64,000 nt of DNA from Verrucomicrobiota bacterium (lineage in GTDB: Bacteria > Verrucomicrobiota > Verrucomicrobiia > Limisphaerales > JADLHS01), in the NCBI GenBank assembly GCA_031384405.1, contig JANNAO010000406.1:9759-73758 (forward strand), written 5' to 3'. The notes beneath the pieces are model-generated. The model was not told the DNA's origin. It ran no database searches and saw only the letters and a list, made by a program, of their open reading frames with translations. Shown here piece after piece: positions 10,121 to 18,736 of the stretch. How positions within the stretch are numbered: position 1 is the first letter of the stretch; the number at the start of each line of letters is the position of its first letter. A program made the translations under genes and the position numbers.

Positions 10121-11269
10121 ATGAATCGGGTCGCCATCCAACCCAACTTGCTGCGCTGGGCTTGCGAGCGCGCAGGGTTTGATCGCGCTGATTTAGAACA
10201 CAAGTTTCCACATCTGGCCGCTTGGGAAAACCTCACCGAACAGCCGACGCTAAAGCAACTGGAAGCGTTCGCGAAAGCGACCTACACACCAGTTGGTTAT
10301 CTTTTTCTTCCCGAACCGCCAGTCGAAAAAATCCCAATTCCAGATTTCCGCGCTCCCGGCAATGAGCGCATTGGGCATCCATCTCCCGATTTGCTAGACA
10401 CAATCTATGTCTGCCAGCAACGGCAGGAGTGGTTTCGGAATTACGCGCGCTCCATGGGTGAACGACCACTGACGTTTGTGGGTTCGGCTCGCGTAAAGGA
10501 TGATGTTGTCTCAGCAGCAGCGCGCATCCGAACTGCACTTGGTTTTGACATGGATGAGCGCCGCCAGATTCCGACGTGGACGGATGCGTTGCGTCACTTC
10601 ATCGAACAGGCCGACGGCCTTGGAATTCTCGTGATGTGCAACGGAGTGGTGCATAACAACAACTATCGGCATCTGGACACAAAGGAGTTTCGCGGTTTTG
10701 CCATGGCGGATGATCTAGCGCCGCTGGTGTTCATTAACGGCGCGGACACGAAGGCAGCGCAAATGTTCACGCTGGCTCACGAGTTGGCGCACATCTGGTT
10801 GGGGCAATCTGCCGTCTCTGATTCCCAACCCGTCACGATACCGGTTGAGCAAGTGGAGCGTTGGTGCAACGAAGTTGCCGCTGAATTGCTCGTCCCGATT
10901 GAGTTGATGCGACGAGAATACAAGGATGACGCAACATTGGCAGAAGAAGTCAGCCGACTGGCCCGACGGTTCAAGGTCAGCACGCTTGTCATCTTACGCC
11001 GGATTCTTGACGTGGGTGGATTGAGCCAGCAGGAGTTTTGGGAAGCGTATCATGCAGAGGTGGACCGGCTGCGCGCGATTCCTCGCGGTTCTGGCGGTAA
11101 CTTTTATCTGACGCAAGCCGCCCGGGTCAGCAAACGCTTCGCGGCGGCACTGGTTACAAGCACACTAGAGGGGCAAACTCGCTACAACGATGCCTTCCGG
11201 ATGCTTGGGTTCTCGAAGCTTGCGACGTTCAAAGAATTGGGGCGCAGTCTGGGGGTGGGTGTCGCATGA
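10121..11269 (+). CDS. XRE-like HTH + ImmA/IrrE (COG2856) zinc metallopeptidase
   Basis: 382 aa with an N-terminal HTH-like region and an HExxH motif in FTLAHELAHIWLGQS. The overall pattern matches ImmA/IrrE-type antirepressor proteases. Confidence 0.8.
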   Translation: MNRVAIQPNLLRWACERAGFDRADLEHKFPHLAAWENLTEQPTLKQLEAFAKATYTPVGYLFLPEPPVEKIPIPDFRAPGNERIGHPSPDLLDTIYVCQQRQEWFRNYARSMGERPLTFVGSARVKDDVVSAAARIRTALGFDMDERRQIPTWTDALRHFIEQADGLGILVMCNGVVHNNNYRHLDTKEFRGFAMADDLAPLVFINGADTKAAQMFTLAHELAHIWLGQSAVSDSQPVTIPVEQVERWCNEVAAELLVPIELMRREYKDDATLAEEVSRLARRFKVSTLVILRRILDVGGLSQQEFWEAYHAEVDRLRAIPRGSGGNFYLTQAARVSKRFAAALVTSTLEGQTRYNDAFRMLGFSKLATFKELGRSLGVGVA

Positions 11270-11754
11270 GTTACCTTCTGGACTCCGACGTTTTTATTCA
11301 GGCCAAAAACCTCCATTACGGTTTGGATTTTTGCCCAGCCTTCTGGGATTGGCTGGTCGCTTCGAATGAGGCGGGGTTGGTTTTCAGCACAGAAAAGGTT
11401 GGAGATGAGATCGCGGCAGGCGCTGATGAACTTGCAGGGTGGGCTGCAAACCGAGGCGACGGTTTCTTTCTCAAACCAGACGCTGCCATCTTGCCCGCAC
11501 TTGCCACAGTGAGCAGTTGGGCAACCGGACAAAACTATGAACCCGCAGCAGTGAACACATTCTTGCAAGTGGCCGATTTTTATCTCGTGGCTCATGCGCT
11601 GGCTCATGGTCATGAGGTGGTGACACATGAGGTGGCGGCAGCTTCGACGAAAAAGATCAAGATTCCCAACGCTTGCATTGGAGTCGGCGTCAAGTGCGTA
11701 AGCCCTTATGAAATGTTGCGCCGTGAAAAGGCGCGGTTTGTCCTCGGTGCGTAG
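11266..11754 (+). CDS. DUF4411 family PIN-like nuclease (putative toxin partner)
   Basis: 162 aa. MSYLLDSDVFIQAKNLHYGLDFCPAFWDWL and the C-terminal KIKIPNACIGVGVKC are characteristic of DUF4411. It has an ATGA overlap (11266..11269) with the ImmA/IrrE gene. Confidence 0.75.
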   Translation: MSYLLDSDVFIQAKNLHYGLDFCPAFWDWLVASNEAGLVFSTEKVGDEIAAGADELAGWAANRGDGFFLKPDAAILPALATVSSWATGQNYEPAAVNTFLQVADFYLVAHALAHGHEVVTHEVAAASTKKIKIPNACIGVGVKCVSPYEMLRREKARFVLGA

Positions 11755-11773
11755 CCGCAATCATTTCACGCGT

Positions 11774-14413
11774 TCACTTCGCCGCCGCCGGTTTTGATTG
11801 TGGGCCTCCAACCCAATCTTGAAATCCTTTCCAACCAGATTTTGCGTAAACCATATCTGGCGCGGTGGGAATAAAATCTTCCGGTCTCTTCGGCAGATTG
11901 GAGAATTTGTTTACACAGTAATCCTTCCAAGAGCGTTGTCCGCCTCCCTGCGGACGTAAGCGCCAAAGTTCCAGCTTGTGAACCCATGCGCGAGATTGCT
12001 CGAAAGGCCACCAATCTTGCTTCTTTTCGTAGCCAAGAAAATCGGGCCAACTTACCCAATCGGGATAGTATTCATGTGGTCGAGAATGGATGATTTCAGG
12101 CCGCTTCCCTTTGCCTAGAAGCTTTCCAACACTATACGGCGTCCATTCGTTCGGACTCTTAAGGCCGAGCTTGCGGACGAAGGCACGAGCTTCTTCGTAG
12201 GTTAGATACGTTTTGCCGCCCGACCACTTTACTCCAGTGCCAAAGAATTCTCCCCATGTAGTCCAGCCCAGATTTCGATACGTCTCGTTAGGGCTGCTAG
12301 GATGATCTGCCAGCACTGGCGGCAGGTCTGGACGATCACCTCTGCGCCAGGCTCGCCATTGTTTCTGCGTTTTTAAGCCAAGTCGCTGCACAAGTGCCTG
12401 AGCTTCTGCATAACTTGTCGGCGCAAGTTGAGCCAGCTTACCCCATGCTTGGAGGCGGATAGATTGAACAAACTTCTCGGATTCAATTTTCACCGGCAGG
12501 ACTTCGGCAAAGTCAAAGTTCACGATTCGTTTTCCGTGCAGTGGTTTGCCGTGAGAAATGGAACGGAATTCTTCGATGATGCGTTCGTCGTTCGCTGCAA
12601 GCGCGCGAAGAACGAACATGACAAACTTGAAAGCGGAACTCTTTACGGCTTCGGAAAGACTGTCACCGTCCTTCACGACCATCGGAACGATGATGTGACC
12701 AAGCGTTTTATCTTCGGCGCGACGCAACGCGCGCCCTGCGGCCTGCACCACGTCAATCGTGCTGCCCTTGGGATCGCAGAACAGGACGCAATCAATACGT
12801 GGCACGTCCACACCTTCGGTCAGACATCGCGCGTTGGTCACAAGCGACGGCGTGGCAGCGCGAAACGCCAACAGTTCGCGATCACGTGCGCCAGTGGTCA
12901 TCTTCCCGGAAACATGGAACGAAGCGACCTGTGGCTGATTGGGGAACGCTTGATTGAACTGATCTGACAGCGTGCGAAAAGCTTTCGCCCGATCAATGCT
13001 GCTGTGAAACGAAACCGCGTGCCGGACGCCATGTTCTTGCACAGCCCTTCGCAATGCGATGAGGCTGGCAAAGGCTGCGGCAGCCACGTCGCTCCACTTA
13101 CCTTTGTCTGGCCGGACGAACGTGTTGGTTTCAACCAGCCGCCGAATTTCAGATTCCTTCACGCCTATGGTGAGCACTTGATAGTCGCTGAGAATCGGCG
13201 GCTGCGTCTCAATCGCCTCCTTGAACGTCAATAACTCGATGGTCTCGCCAAAGAGTTCCGGGTCATCCATCGAAACGATTTCATCCGAAGTGCCGGCGTA
13301 ACGCCGCTCTGTCGCCGTCATGAACAGGCGACGGCGAATGGGCAGGTTCTCGTCGTAGAGCAAATGCGCGAAGCCGCTGGATTTTCGGCCAGCCGTGCGG
13401 TGCGCTTCATCAAAGACACCGAAGTCGAAAGTGATTCCTGCCTCGCGAGCGGCGACCGCGAGCGGAGTTCCGCTTTGGTAGGTTGTGAAAATTACGCGCA
13501 GCGGCGATTTCATCGCGGCAAGATGCTCGCGAATCTTCTTCGGGTTAGTCTCGCAAGGAACGCCAAGGTCGTGAACGTGAACCAGCAACTCATCGCGTTC
13601 CGGTTTGCCAGCCGATTCATCGCTGCAAACACAAAGCCAGTCGGGGCGTACGCCATCAGCCACGGCCTCCGCGAGCCAAGTCGTGAGAGTCTGATTGATG
13701 AGTGCCAAACTCGGCACGGCGACGACAATGTGTTTTGCACCCAGCCGCCGAGCGAGCCAGTAAGCGGTGAGTGTTTTCCCGGACGCGCACGGGCTGATCA
13801 ACTTGCCTCGCGTCTGGTCTGGGTCGTTGAAGAAGGTCACGCCTTTTTCAAGTGCGCGCATTTGATGCGGCCAAGGTGTTGTTGGTGTGAGAACGCCCGG
13901 AGCTAGTTCCCGTCCTGAGCGCGCTGCCGCGAAGATGTCAGCCGACAGATGCTGCCAAGTTTCGGAAGTGCGGAAACCGATGCGAGAATTCCCTTCAAGC
14001 AAGTCAGTGACGCGGTCGGTGGTCGTGCAAATCAGGCCGAACGAAATGCCGCGACAAATCACGAACGCAAGGGACGTGAAAGTAGAAAGCTCACTGTGTG
14101 TCAGGGAGCTTTTGGAATCGGAACGATACTTCGCTTGAACCGCCCAAAACTCGCCCGTGAATGTTTTGGCAACAAGGTCAATCCCTTCGTCCGGGCCGGG
14201 GAGATTTAATTCCCTGTGAACTTCATCTGGAACTTCCGCGAGCAACCAGACTGTTTCGAGCAGGCTACGATAGGTTGGATGCGTTCGCAGAAGAGCTGCC
14301 ACGAGCAACTCGAAAGCATCACCCTTTTCCTTCCGCTCTCCGGGAAGAAGATTCATCGCAGCCGTGAATTCCGGCCACGCGTTTATGCCGTCGAAGGATT
14401 TTGCACTGGCCAC
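11774..14413 (-). CDS. Mrr-like PD-(D/E)xK nuclease + SF2 (DEAH) helicase with three C-terminal W-rich repeats
   Basis: 879 aa. N-terminal nuclease motifs are GDAFELLVAALL, DEGIDLVAK and AVQAKYR. Helicase motifs are I SPCASGKTLTAY, II FDEAHR, III FMTATE and VI QAAGRALRR. The last 214 aa (11777..12418) form three repeats of about 60 aa: (Y/F)E(E/Q)(A/S)xA(F/L/W)V..LGLK...W.....(R)P..(L/I)P..P...Y...GW..W..F(F/L)G. Confidence 0.8.
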   Translation of the reverse strand: MASAKSFDGINAWPEFTAAMNLLPGERKEKGDAFELLVAALLRTHPTYRSLLETVWLLAEVPDEVHRELNLPGPDEGIDLVAKTFTGEFWAVQAKYRSDSKSSLTHSELSTFTSLAFVICRGISFGLICTTTDRVTDLLEGNSRIGFRTSETWQHLSADIFAAARSGRELAPGVLTPTTPWPHQMRALEKGVTFFNDPDQTRGKLISPCASGKTLTAYWLARRLGAKHIVVAVPSLALINQTLTTWLAEAVADGVRPDWLCVCSDESAGKPERDELLVHVHDLGVPCETNPKKIREHLAAMKSPLRVIFTTYQSGTPLAVAAREAGITFDFGVFDEAHRTAGRKSSGFAHLLYDENLPIRRRLFMTATERRYAGTSDEIVSMDDPELFGETIELLTFKEAIETQPPILSDYQVLTIGVKESEIRRLVETNTFVRPDKGKWSDVAAAAFASLIALRRAVQEHGVRHAVSFHSSIDRAKAFRTLSDQFNQAFPNQPQVASFHVSGKMTTGARDRELLAFRAATPSLVTNARCLTEGVDVPRIDCVLFCDPKGSTIDVVQAAGRALRRAEDKTLGHIIVPMVVKDGDSLSEAVKSSAFKFVMFVLRALAANDERIIEEFRSISHGKPLHGKRIVNFDFAEVLPVKIESEKFVQSIRLQAWGKLAQLAPTSYAEAQALVQRLGLKTQKQWRAWRRGDRPDLPPVLADHPSSPNETYRNLGWTTWGEFFGTGVKWSGGKTYLTYEEARAFVRKLGLKSPNEWTPYSVGKLLGKGKRPEIIHSRPHEYYPDWVSWPDFLGYEKKQDWWPFEQSRAWVHKLELWRLRPQGGGQRSWKDYCVNKFSNLPKRPEDFIPTAPDMVYAKSGWKGFQDWVGGPQSKPAAAK

Positions 14414-14587
14414 GCTCAGAGAATAGAGATTCGCTGTTGGAAGTGGAGACGAAACTCGATGTGTCTCGATTCGTCACTTGGAGAAGTTGACCGCCTACCC
14501 AGCCCCTCCCGCAGTTGAAGGACTGCAAAAATCATTTCGACGATTTGCGAAGGTCAATCTATCGCTTCGGCGTTTGGGTCAATCTCA

Positions 14588-14722
14588 TTACGACTTCGAA
14601 CGCCAGTTTTTCACCAACTCAGGGAACGAGCAGCCGTCGCAGGTGGCGTTGGTGTGATCGCAGAAGTCGCGGACGATCTGGAGCAAGACTTTGTGTGTGG
14701 CGAGGAGTTCTGTGACACAGGA
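14588..14722 (-). pseudogene. remnant of a DUF2851-family gene (C-terminal ~40 codons only)
   Basis: A minus-strand frame is open only between the stop at 14725..14723 and the TAA at 14590..14588. It reads SCVTELLATHKVLLQIVRDFCDHTNATCDGCSFPELVKNWRSKS. This parallels the C-terminus of the intact DUF2851 ORF (QQGLLQIVRDFCDHSNSTCDACTFPELVKSWSPN, 37619..39073). By hand alignment, DNA at 14598..14687 is about 80 percent identical to 38959..39048. Confidence 0.75.
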
Positions 14723-14876
14723 TCAAATCAGAACAACCCTGCGGGACTAAGCCTCAGAAACAATTTTAATCCAAAGGTTCTTTCAAAAGCCCGTAGCAAC
14801 CGATGTGAGTCGGCTCAAAAATTCGGGAAGTCAGAGCGAACTCACGTTCACTGCTACAGTTTTGAAAAAACCTCGT

Positions 14877-16370
14877 TTATTTCGCAGCCGATGTCTTGCT
14901 AGCGATCTGGGCGGCGTCGGTGATGCCGAAGCGTTTGAGGATGCGATCCGTGGCTTCGCGCTCGGCATCGCCAGCGGCGAGTACGATGCGTTGGAGAGAT
15001 TCGTTGGGCACGAAGTCTATGATGTGAAAATCATCCTTGGGTTGCTTCAACGCGGCTTGCAATTCAGTCAAGCTAGTCACGCGCTGGCCGTTGACCTGGT
15101 TCACCACGAATGAACGAAACTCCTGATAGCCGATGTTGAATTTGTCCGGCAATACCTGCGAGAGAATCACGAGGGAGGGCTTGGCTTTCGTGGCTTCGTC
15201 GCTGCGATAATGATTCAGGCGGAATGGCGCGGTGCGTTCCCACTCGTTGCCCCAGCGTTGCAGATAGGGCGTCGTCAACGGTTGAAACACGAGTCCGCCC
15301 ACGATGAGATAATCCGGCGGTTGATCCCGAACCGCGATGGGAACGAGAGCGTTCTGGAAATCATACCCCGGCAAACGATACGTCACGTCGAGCGGTTTGC
15401 CGTCGCGCCAGAGTTTCATCTTCACGTCGTCACCCGCCCACTTGCCGCGCGTGGAGAGATTTTCCAGCGTGAGCGAACCAAACTCCGGATCGGTGTAATC
15501 GCCCTGCATGTCCACGTCGAATCCATCAATCTGCAAAATAATGTCGCGCGGCTTGAGGACGGAATCGCCGCCATCGAGACGTTCGGGGACGTTGATCACG
15601 AGTACGCCGCGCGGTTCGCCGGGAAGTTTGAGTTGCGCGAGCGAGGCGGTGTTTTCAGCGGGTTGCCAATAGAAATGGAAGTAGCCGAGCGCGCGTTGCT
15701 TGCCGGATTTGCGCGCTTCGAGAACCGAGCGGATGAACGACGCGGTGATGATGTTGCACGCGCGTCCGATCTGCGATGCGGTGATGCCCGCGATGCGCGA
15801 ATCCGTGACGACCGGCTCGCCGGACCCTGCGTCGCTGATCTCTGAATCCAATTCCATCTGCACATGGTTGATGGCGCTGCCGTCGCTTACATGAACGGAG
15901 TATTGGGTGAACTCGGCCTGGCGGTTTTCCAATTTGCCTTCGCGCCAGCGGACGATCTCCAACTCATCGCCTTCGCCGGGCGGTTTACCGGTCAAGTCGG
16001 CGGGACGAAGATCGCTCCAGAATGTCGCGTCGTCGGTGGTGAGCAGCGCGAGGTTGGCGTGATAATCAATCCACACGACGCTGGCGGTGGTCCATTTGCC
16101 GCGTCCGTTCTTTTGGAAACGCACGAGCGTCTGGTCGGACAGGTCTTGAGCTGTGGCGAGAATCTGGCGGTCTCCGACGACAAGTCCGGATTTCGCAGCG
16201 CGTTCGTTGCGGCGATTCCACGGTTGATAATAGTCGTAGGATTTTCGCGCGACTTCGATCTTTACGACGGATTTCTCCCAGGCGAATGAGGGCTTAGTGG
16301 AAGCACTTTCCGCCAATGCGGACAAGGGCGCGATCAACACCAGCACGGTAAGGAGGAAACAGTTTTTCAT
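14877..16370 (-). CDS. Deg/HtrA-type (S1C) protease homolog with PDZ region; catalytic His and Asp substituted (probable pseudoprotease)
   Basis: 497 aa with a signal peptide, paralogous along its length to the upstream ORF. Aligned catalytic positions read ATAQDL (versus TNAHVV), HANLALL (versus DSDLAIL) and AGSGEP (versus GNSGGP). ATGA overlap with the upstream gene. Confidence 0.75.
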   Translation of the reverse strand: MKNCFLLTVLVLIAPLSALAESASTKPSFAWEKSVVKIEVARKSYDYYQPWNRRNERAAKSGLVVGDRQILATAQDLSDQTLVRFQKNGRGKWTTASVVWIDYHANLALLTTDDATFWSDLRPADLTGKPPGEGDELEIVRWREGKLENRQAEFTQYSVHVSDGSAINHVQMELDSEISDAGSGEPVVTDSRIAGITASQIGRACNIITASFIRSVLEARKSGKQRALGYFHFYWQPAENTASLAQLKLPGEPRGVLVINVPERLDGGDSVLKPRDIILQIDGFDVDMQGDYTDPEFGSLTLENLSTRGKWAGDDVKMKLWRDGKPLDVTYRLPGYDFQNALVPIAVRDQPPDYLIVGGLVFQPLTTPYLQRWGNEWERTAPFRLNHYRSDEATKAKPSLVILSQVLPDKFNIGYQEFRSFVVNQVNGQRVTSLTELQAALKQPKDDFHIIDFVPNESLQRIVLAAGDAEREATDRILKRFGITDAAQIASKTSAAK

Positions 16371-17887
16371 AGGTGACGGTCTTTGGGGATGCCGTAGGTC
16401 TTGAGGATTTTGTCGTTGGCGCGAACCGCTTCCGCGTGGTCGAGAGTTTCAAACGCGCCGAGCTTGCCGAATTGGATCACGTCGTGCGCGTTCGTGCTGG
16501 TGGAGAATGCGCGGATGACGTCGGCAATCTTCTCGATGCGGATGCCGTTGATGCGATCCACCAACACACGTCCGCGAGTGATGAAGTTGGCGTTGACCGC
16601 ATCGGTCAAGACGCTGCTCAGGACGACGGGTTCGTCGCGGGCGAGTTCGGGTTCTTCGCGATTGCGGAAAAATAATTCGTAATTGAGTTCACCCGTTGAC
16701 GAATCAGAACCCTCACGCCCGGCGTCGCGCAAATAATCCAACGACAACGGCGTGAACACCAGCCCGCCAAAAACAAAATAGCGCGGCTGCACGTCGTATT
16801 GATTGCCCTCGCGCTGATCGTCCACGGCGGCTTCCACGGTCACTGTCACATCCTGCGCCTTGCCGTCACGCCAGAGTTGAACGGGAACGCTGTCGCCGCT
16901 CTGACCGAGTTGAAAACCCATCGCACAGAACACGCGATTGCCCAGGAACAGGATCGTCGCATCGCTCGCCACGGGAAACTCACCGATCTTCAGAATCACA
17001 TCGTCTGCGCGGAGGACATTATTTGTGCTGGTCCGCGAGCGGATGCGATCCACCCGCGCGCCGAGATTGTTGTCGGGCAATTTCAGCCGAGCGCGATACG
17101 CGGGATTTTGCAGCGATGTGATGCCGGCACCAGCCAGCGGCACGCCATCGTAACGTTTGTCTTCGATGTCTTTGAGGAAGCGATTGATGACTTGTGGCGG
17201 AATGAAAAAGCCCGCGCCCTCTAACGATTTGATGCCTTGAAACGCCACGCCCACCACGCGGTCGTCTTGCAGCACAGGCCCGCCGCTGTTGCCGGGATTG
17301 ATCGCCGCATCCGTCTGCACGGAGAGTAAACGGCGATTGCCGATGTGCGAGTAAGGGCTGAGTTCGATCCTCGAAACGACGCCGCGCGTGTAGGAGATTT
17401 CTTCGCCGCCCGCCGGGTAACCGTACGTGATGACTGCGGAACGGACTTTGGGTAATTCACCGAATTCAAGAGCGGGCAGATCATTGAAAAAACTTTCATC
17501 CTCGACGGTGAGAATGGCGAGATCGGAATCGTGCGCGATGTATTCGACCTGAGCAAGGTAGGGTTTCGCGTCCTGATACTTCCGCACGATGATCTGTCGC
17601 GCCCAACCGACGACATGGGCGTTGGTCATGATGCGTTTGCCCCGGATGACGAAGCCTGAGCCGCCGGAGCGTTGCACGGCATCAAACCGCCACGGCGCAG
17701 ACCAATCGGGCGACTGGCGGAACGTTTGGATCTGGATGACTGAACGTTCGGGTTCGATGGCGAGACAAGTCCCCGCGACTAGAAACGCGAGGCAGGCAGA
17801 GATTAATTTCAGGAACACGCCGGGCAAAGTGAAAGTTTGGCGCGAAATGGTCAAGGGATTATCCGGGCTATTGCGCTTGGAATACAT
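16367..17887 (-). CDS. Deg/HtrA-type S1C serine protease with PDZ region (intact triad)
   Basis: 506 aa with an N-terminal TM/signal segment. The triad is intact: His in MTNAHVV, Asp in HDSDLAILTV, Ser in NPGNSGGPV. Confidence 0.85.
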   Translation of the reverse strand: MYSKRNSPDNPLTISRQTFTLPGVFLKLISACLAFLVAGTCLAIEPERSVIQIQTFRQSPDWSAPWRFDAVQRSGGSGFVIRGKRIMTNAHVVGWARQIIVRKYQDAKPYLAQVEYIAHDSDLAILTVEDESFFNDLPALEFGELPKVRSAVITYGYPAGGEEISYTRGVVSRIELSPYSHIGNRRLLSVQTDAAINPGNSGGPVLQDDRVVGVAFQGIKSLEGAGFFIPPQVINRFLKDIEDKRYDGVPLAGAGITSLQNPAYRARLKLPDNNLGARVDRIRSRTSTNNVLRADDVILKIGEFPVASDATILFLGNRVFCAMGFQLGQSGDSVPVQLWRDGKAQDVTVTVEAAVDDQREGNQYDVQPRYFVFGGLVFTPLSLDYLRDAGREGSDSSTGELNYELFFRNREEPELARDEPVVLSSVLTDAVNANFITRGRVLVDRINGIRIEKIADVIRAFSTSTNAHDVIQFGKLGAFETLDHAEAVRANDKILKTYGIPKDRHL

Positions 17888-17997
17888 GTTTGTGCAGGGA
17901 GAATCCCGTTGACCGGTTGGAATGGCAGGCTATAACCGTAGGCAATCCGGGCTATCCGCCGTTTGTTGGCACTCAGAAGACCGGAGAAAAAAACCTT

Positions 17998-18714
17998 ATG
18001 AAACGATTTGTATCACTCGCACTGGCTGTGTTCACGCTGACAGCCGCCACATCCCAAGCACAAGTGTTGACCACACTTTATACGGTCAATTCGAACGCCA
18101 ATGACATTGTGATGTTTGATTTGCAGGTGCTAAGTCCCGGCGGCATCTCGATCACGCGATTCGACGTGAACTGCAATACGCTTGGGTTGGGCAGCAGCGT
18201 TCTCGACGGGCTTTCGAACGGATCGCCGCAGGTCTTGTCCATCTATTTGCGGAATGGGAGTTTTGTGGGAATGAACAACGTCGCGAATTGGACATTCAAT
18301 CAAAACGTGGGATTCACAGCGGCTCAGGAAGGAACTCCGTCTGCGGTGACGCTCGGGTCTAGCATCACTTTGGCGCCGGGCAATTACGCCTTCGCTCTTG
18401 GAATGGTTGATTTGCCTGCCACCACGGGCTCCGGCCTTTCATTCAACAACGGCAATGGAACACTCGCCACGCCGGGTTCAGGATCGAACCAGACTTACGC
18501 CAATGCGGACATCACGCTGCTGGCGGGTGGGTCTGTTGGCAACTACAGCGGCGTGCCCGGCTCTGGAACGGAGATATTTGGTAATTTTGCCGGTGGCCCC
18601 CGCGTGTTCAACGGCTCGATTTATTACAACGTCATTCCTGAGCCGACCGCGTTTGCGATGACCGGGCTTGGATTGCTGGCATTGGCACGGGTCAAATCAG
18701 TCCGTCGTCGGTGA
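17998..18714 (+). CDS. PEP-CTERM sorting-domain secreted protein
   Basis: Start trimmed to the ATG at 17998 (MKRFVSLALAVFTLTAATSQAQV, signal peptide). The C-terminus VIPEPTAFAMTGLGLLALARVKSVRRR has the PEP motif, a TM helix and a basic tail. Confidence 0.85.
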   Translation: MKRFVSLALAVFTLTAATSQAQVLTTLYTVNSNANDIVMFDLQVLSPGGISITRFDVNCNTLGLGSSVLDGLSNGSPQVLSIYLRNGSFVGMNNVANWTFNQNVGFTAAQEGTPSAVTLGSSITLAPGNYAFALGMVDLPATTGSGLSFNNGNGTLATPGSGSNQTYANADITLLAGGSVGNYSGVPGSGTEIFGNFAGGPRVFNGSIYYNVIPEPTAFAMTGLGLLALARVKSVRRR

Positions 18715-18736
18715 TATGAGCGAAGCCTTGGTTTTG

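Noticed and set aside
12428-12967. 179-aa plus-strand ORF (and 13364..13906) inside the nuclease-helicase gene
   Set aside because: These are antisense shadows. The helicase motifs are all in the minus-strand frame.
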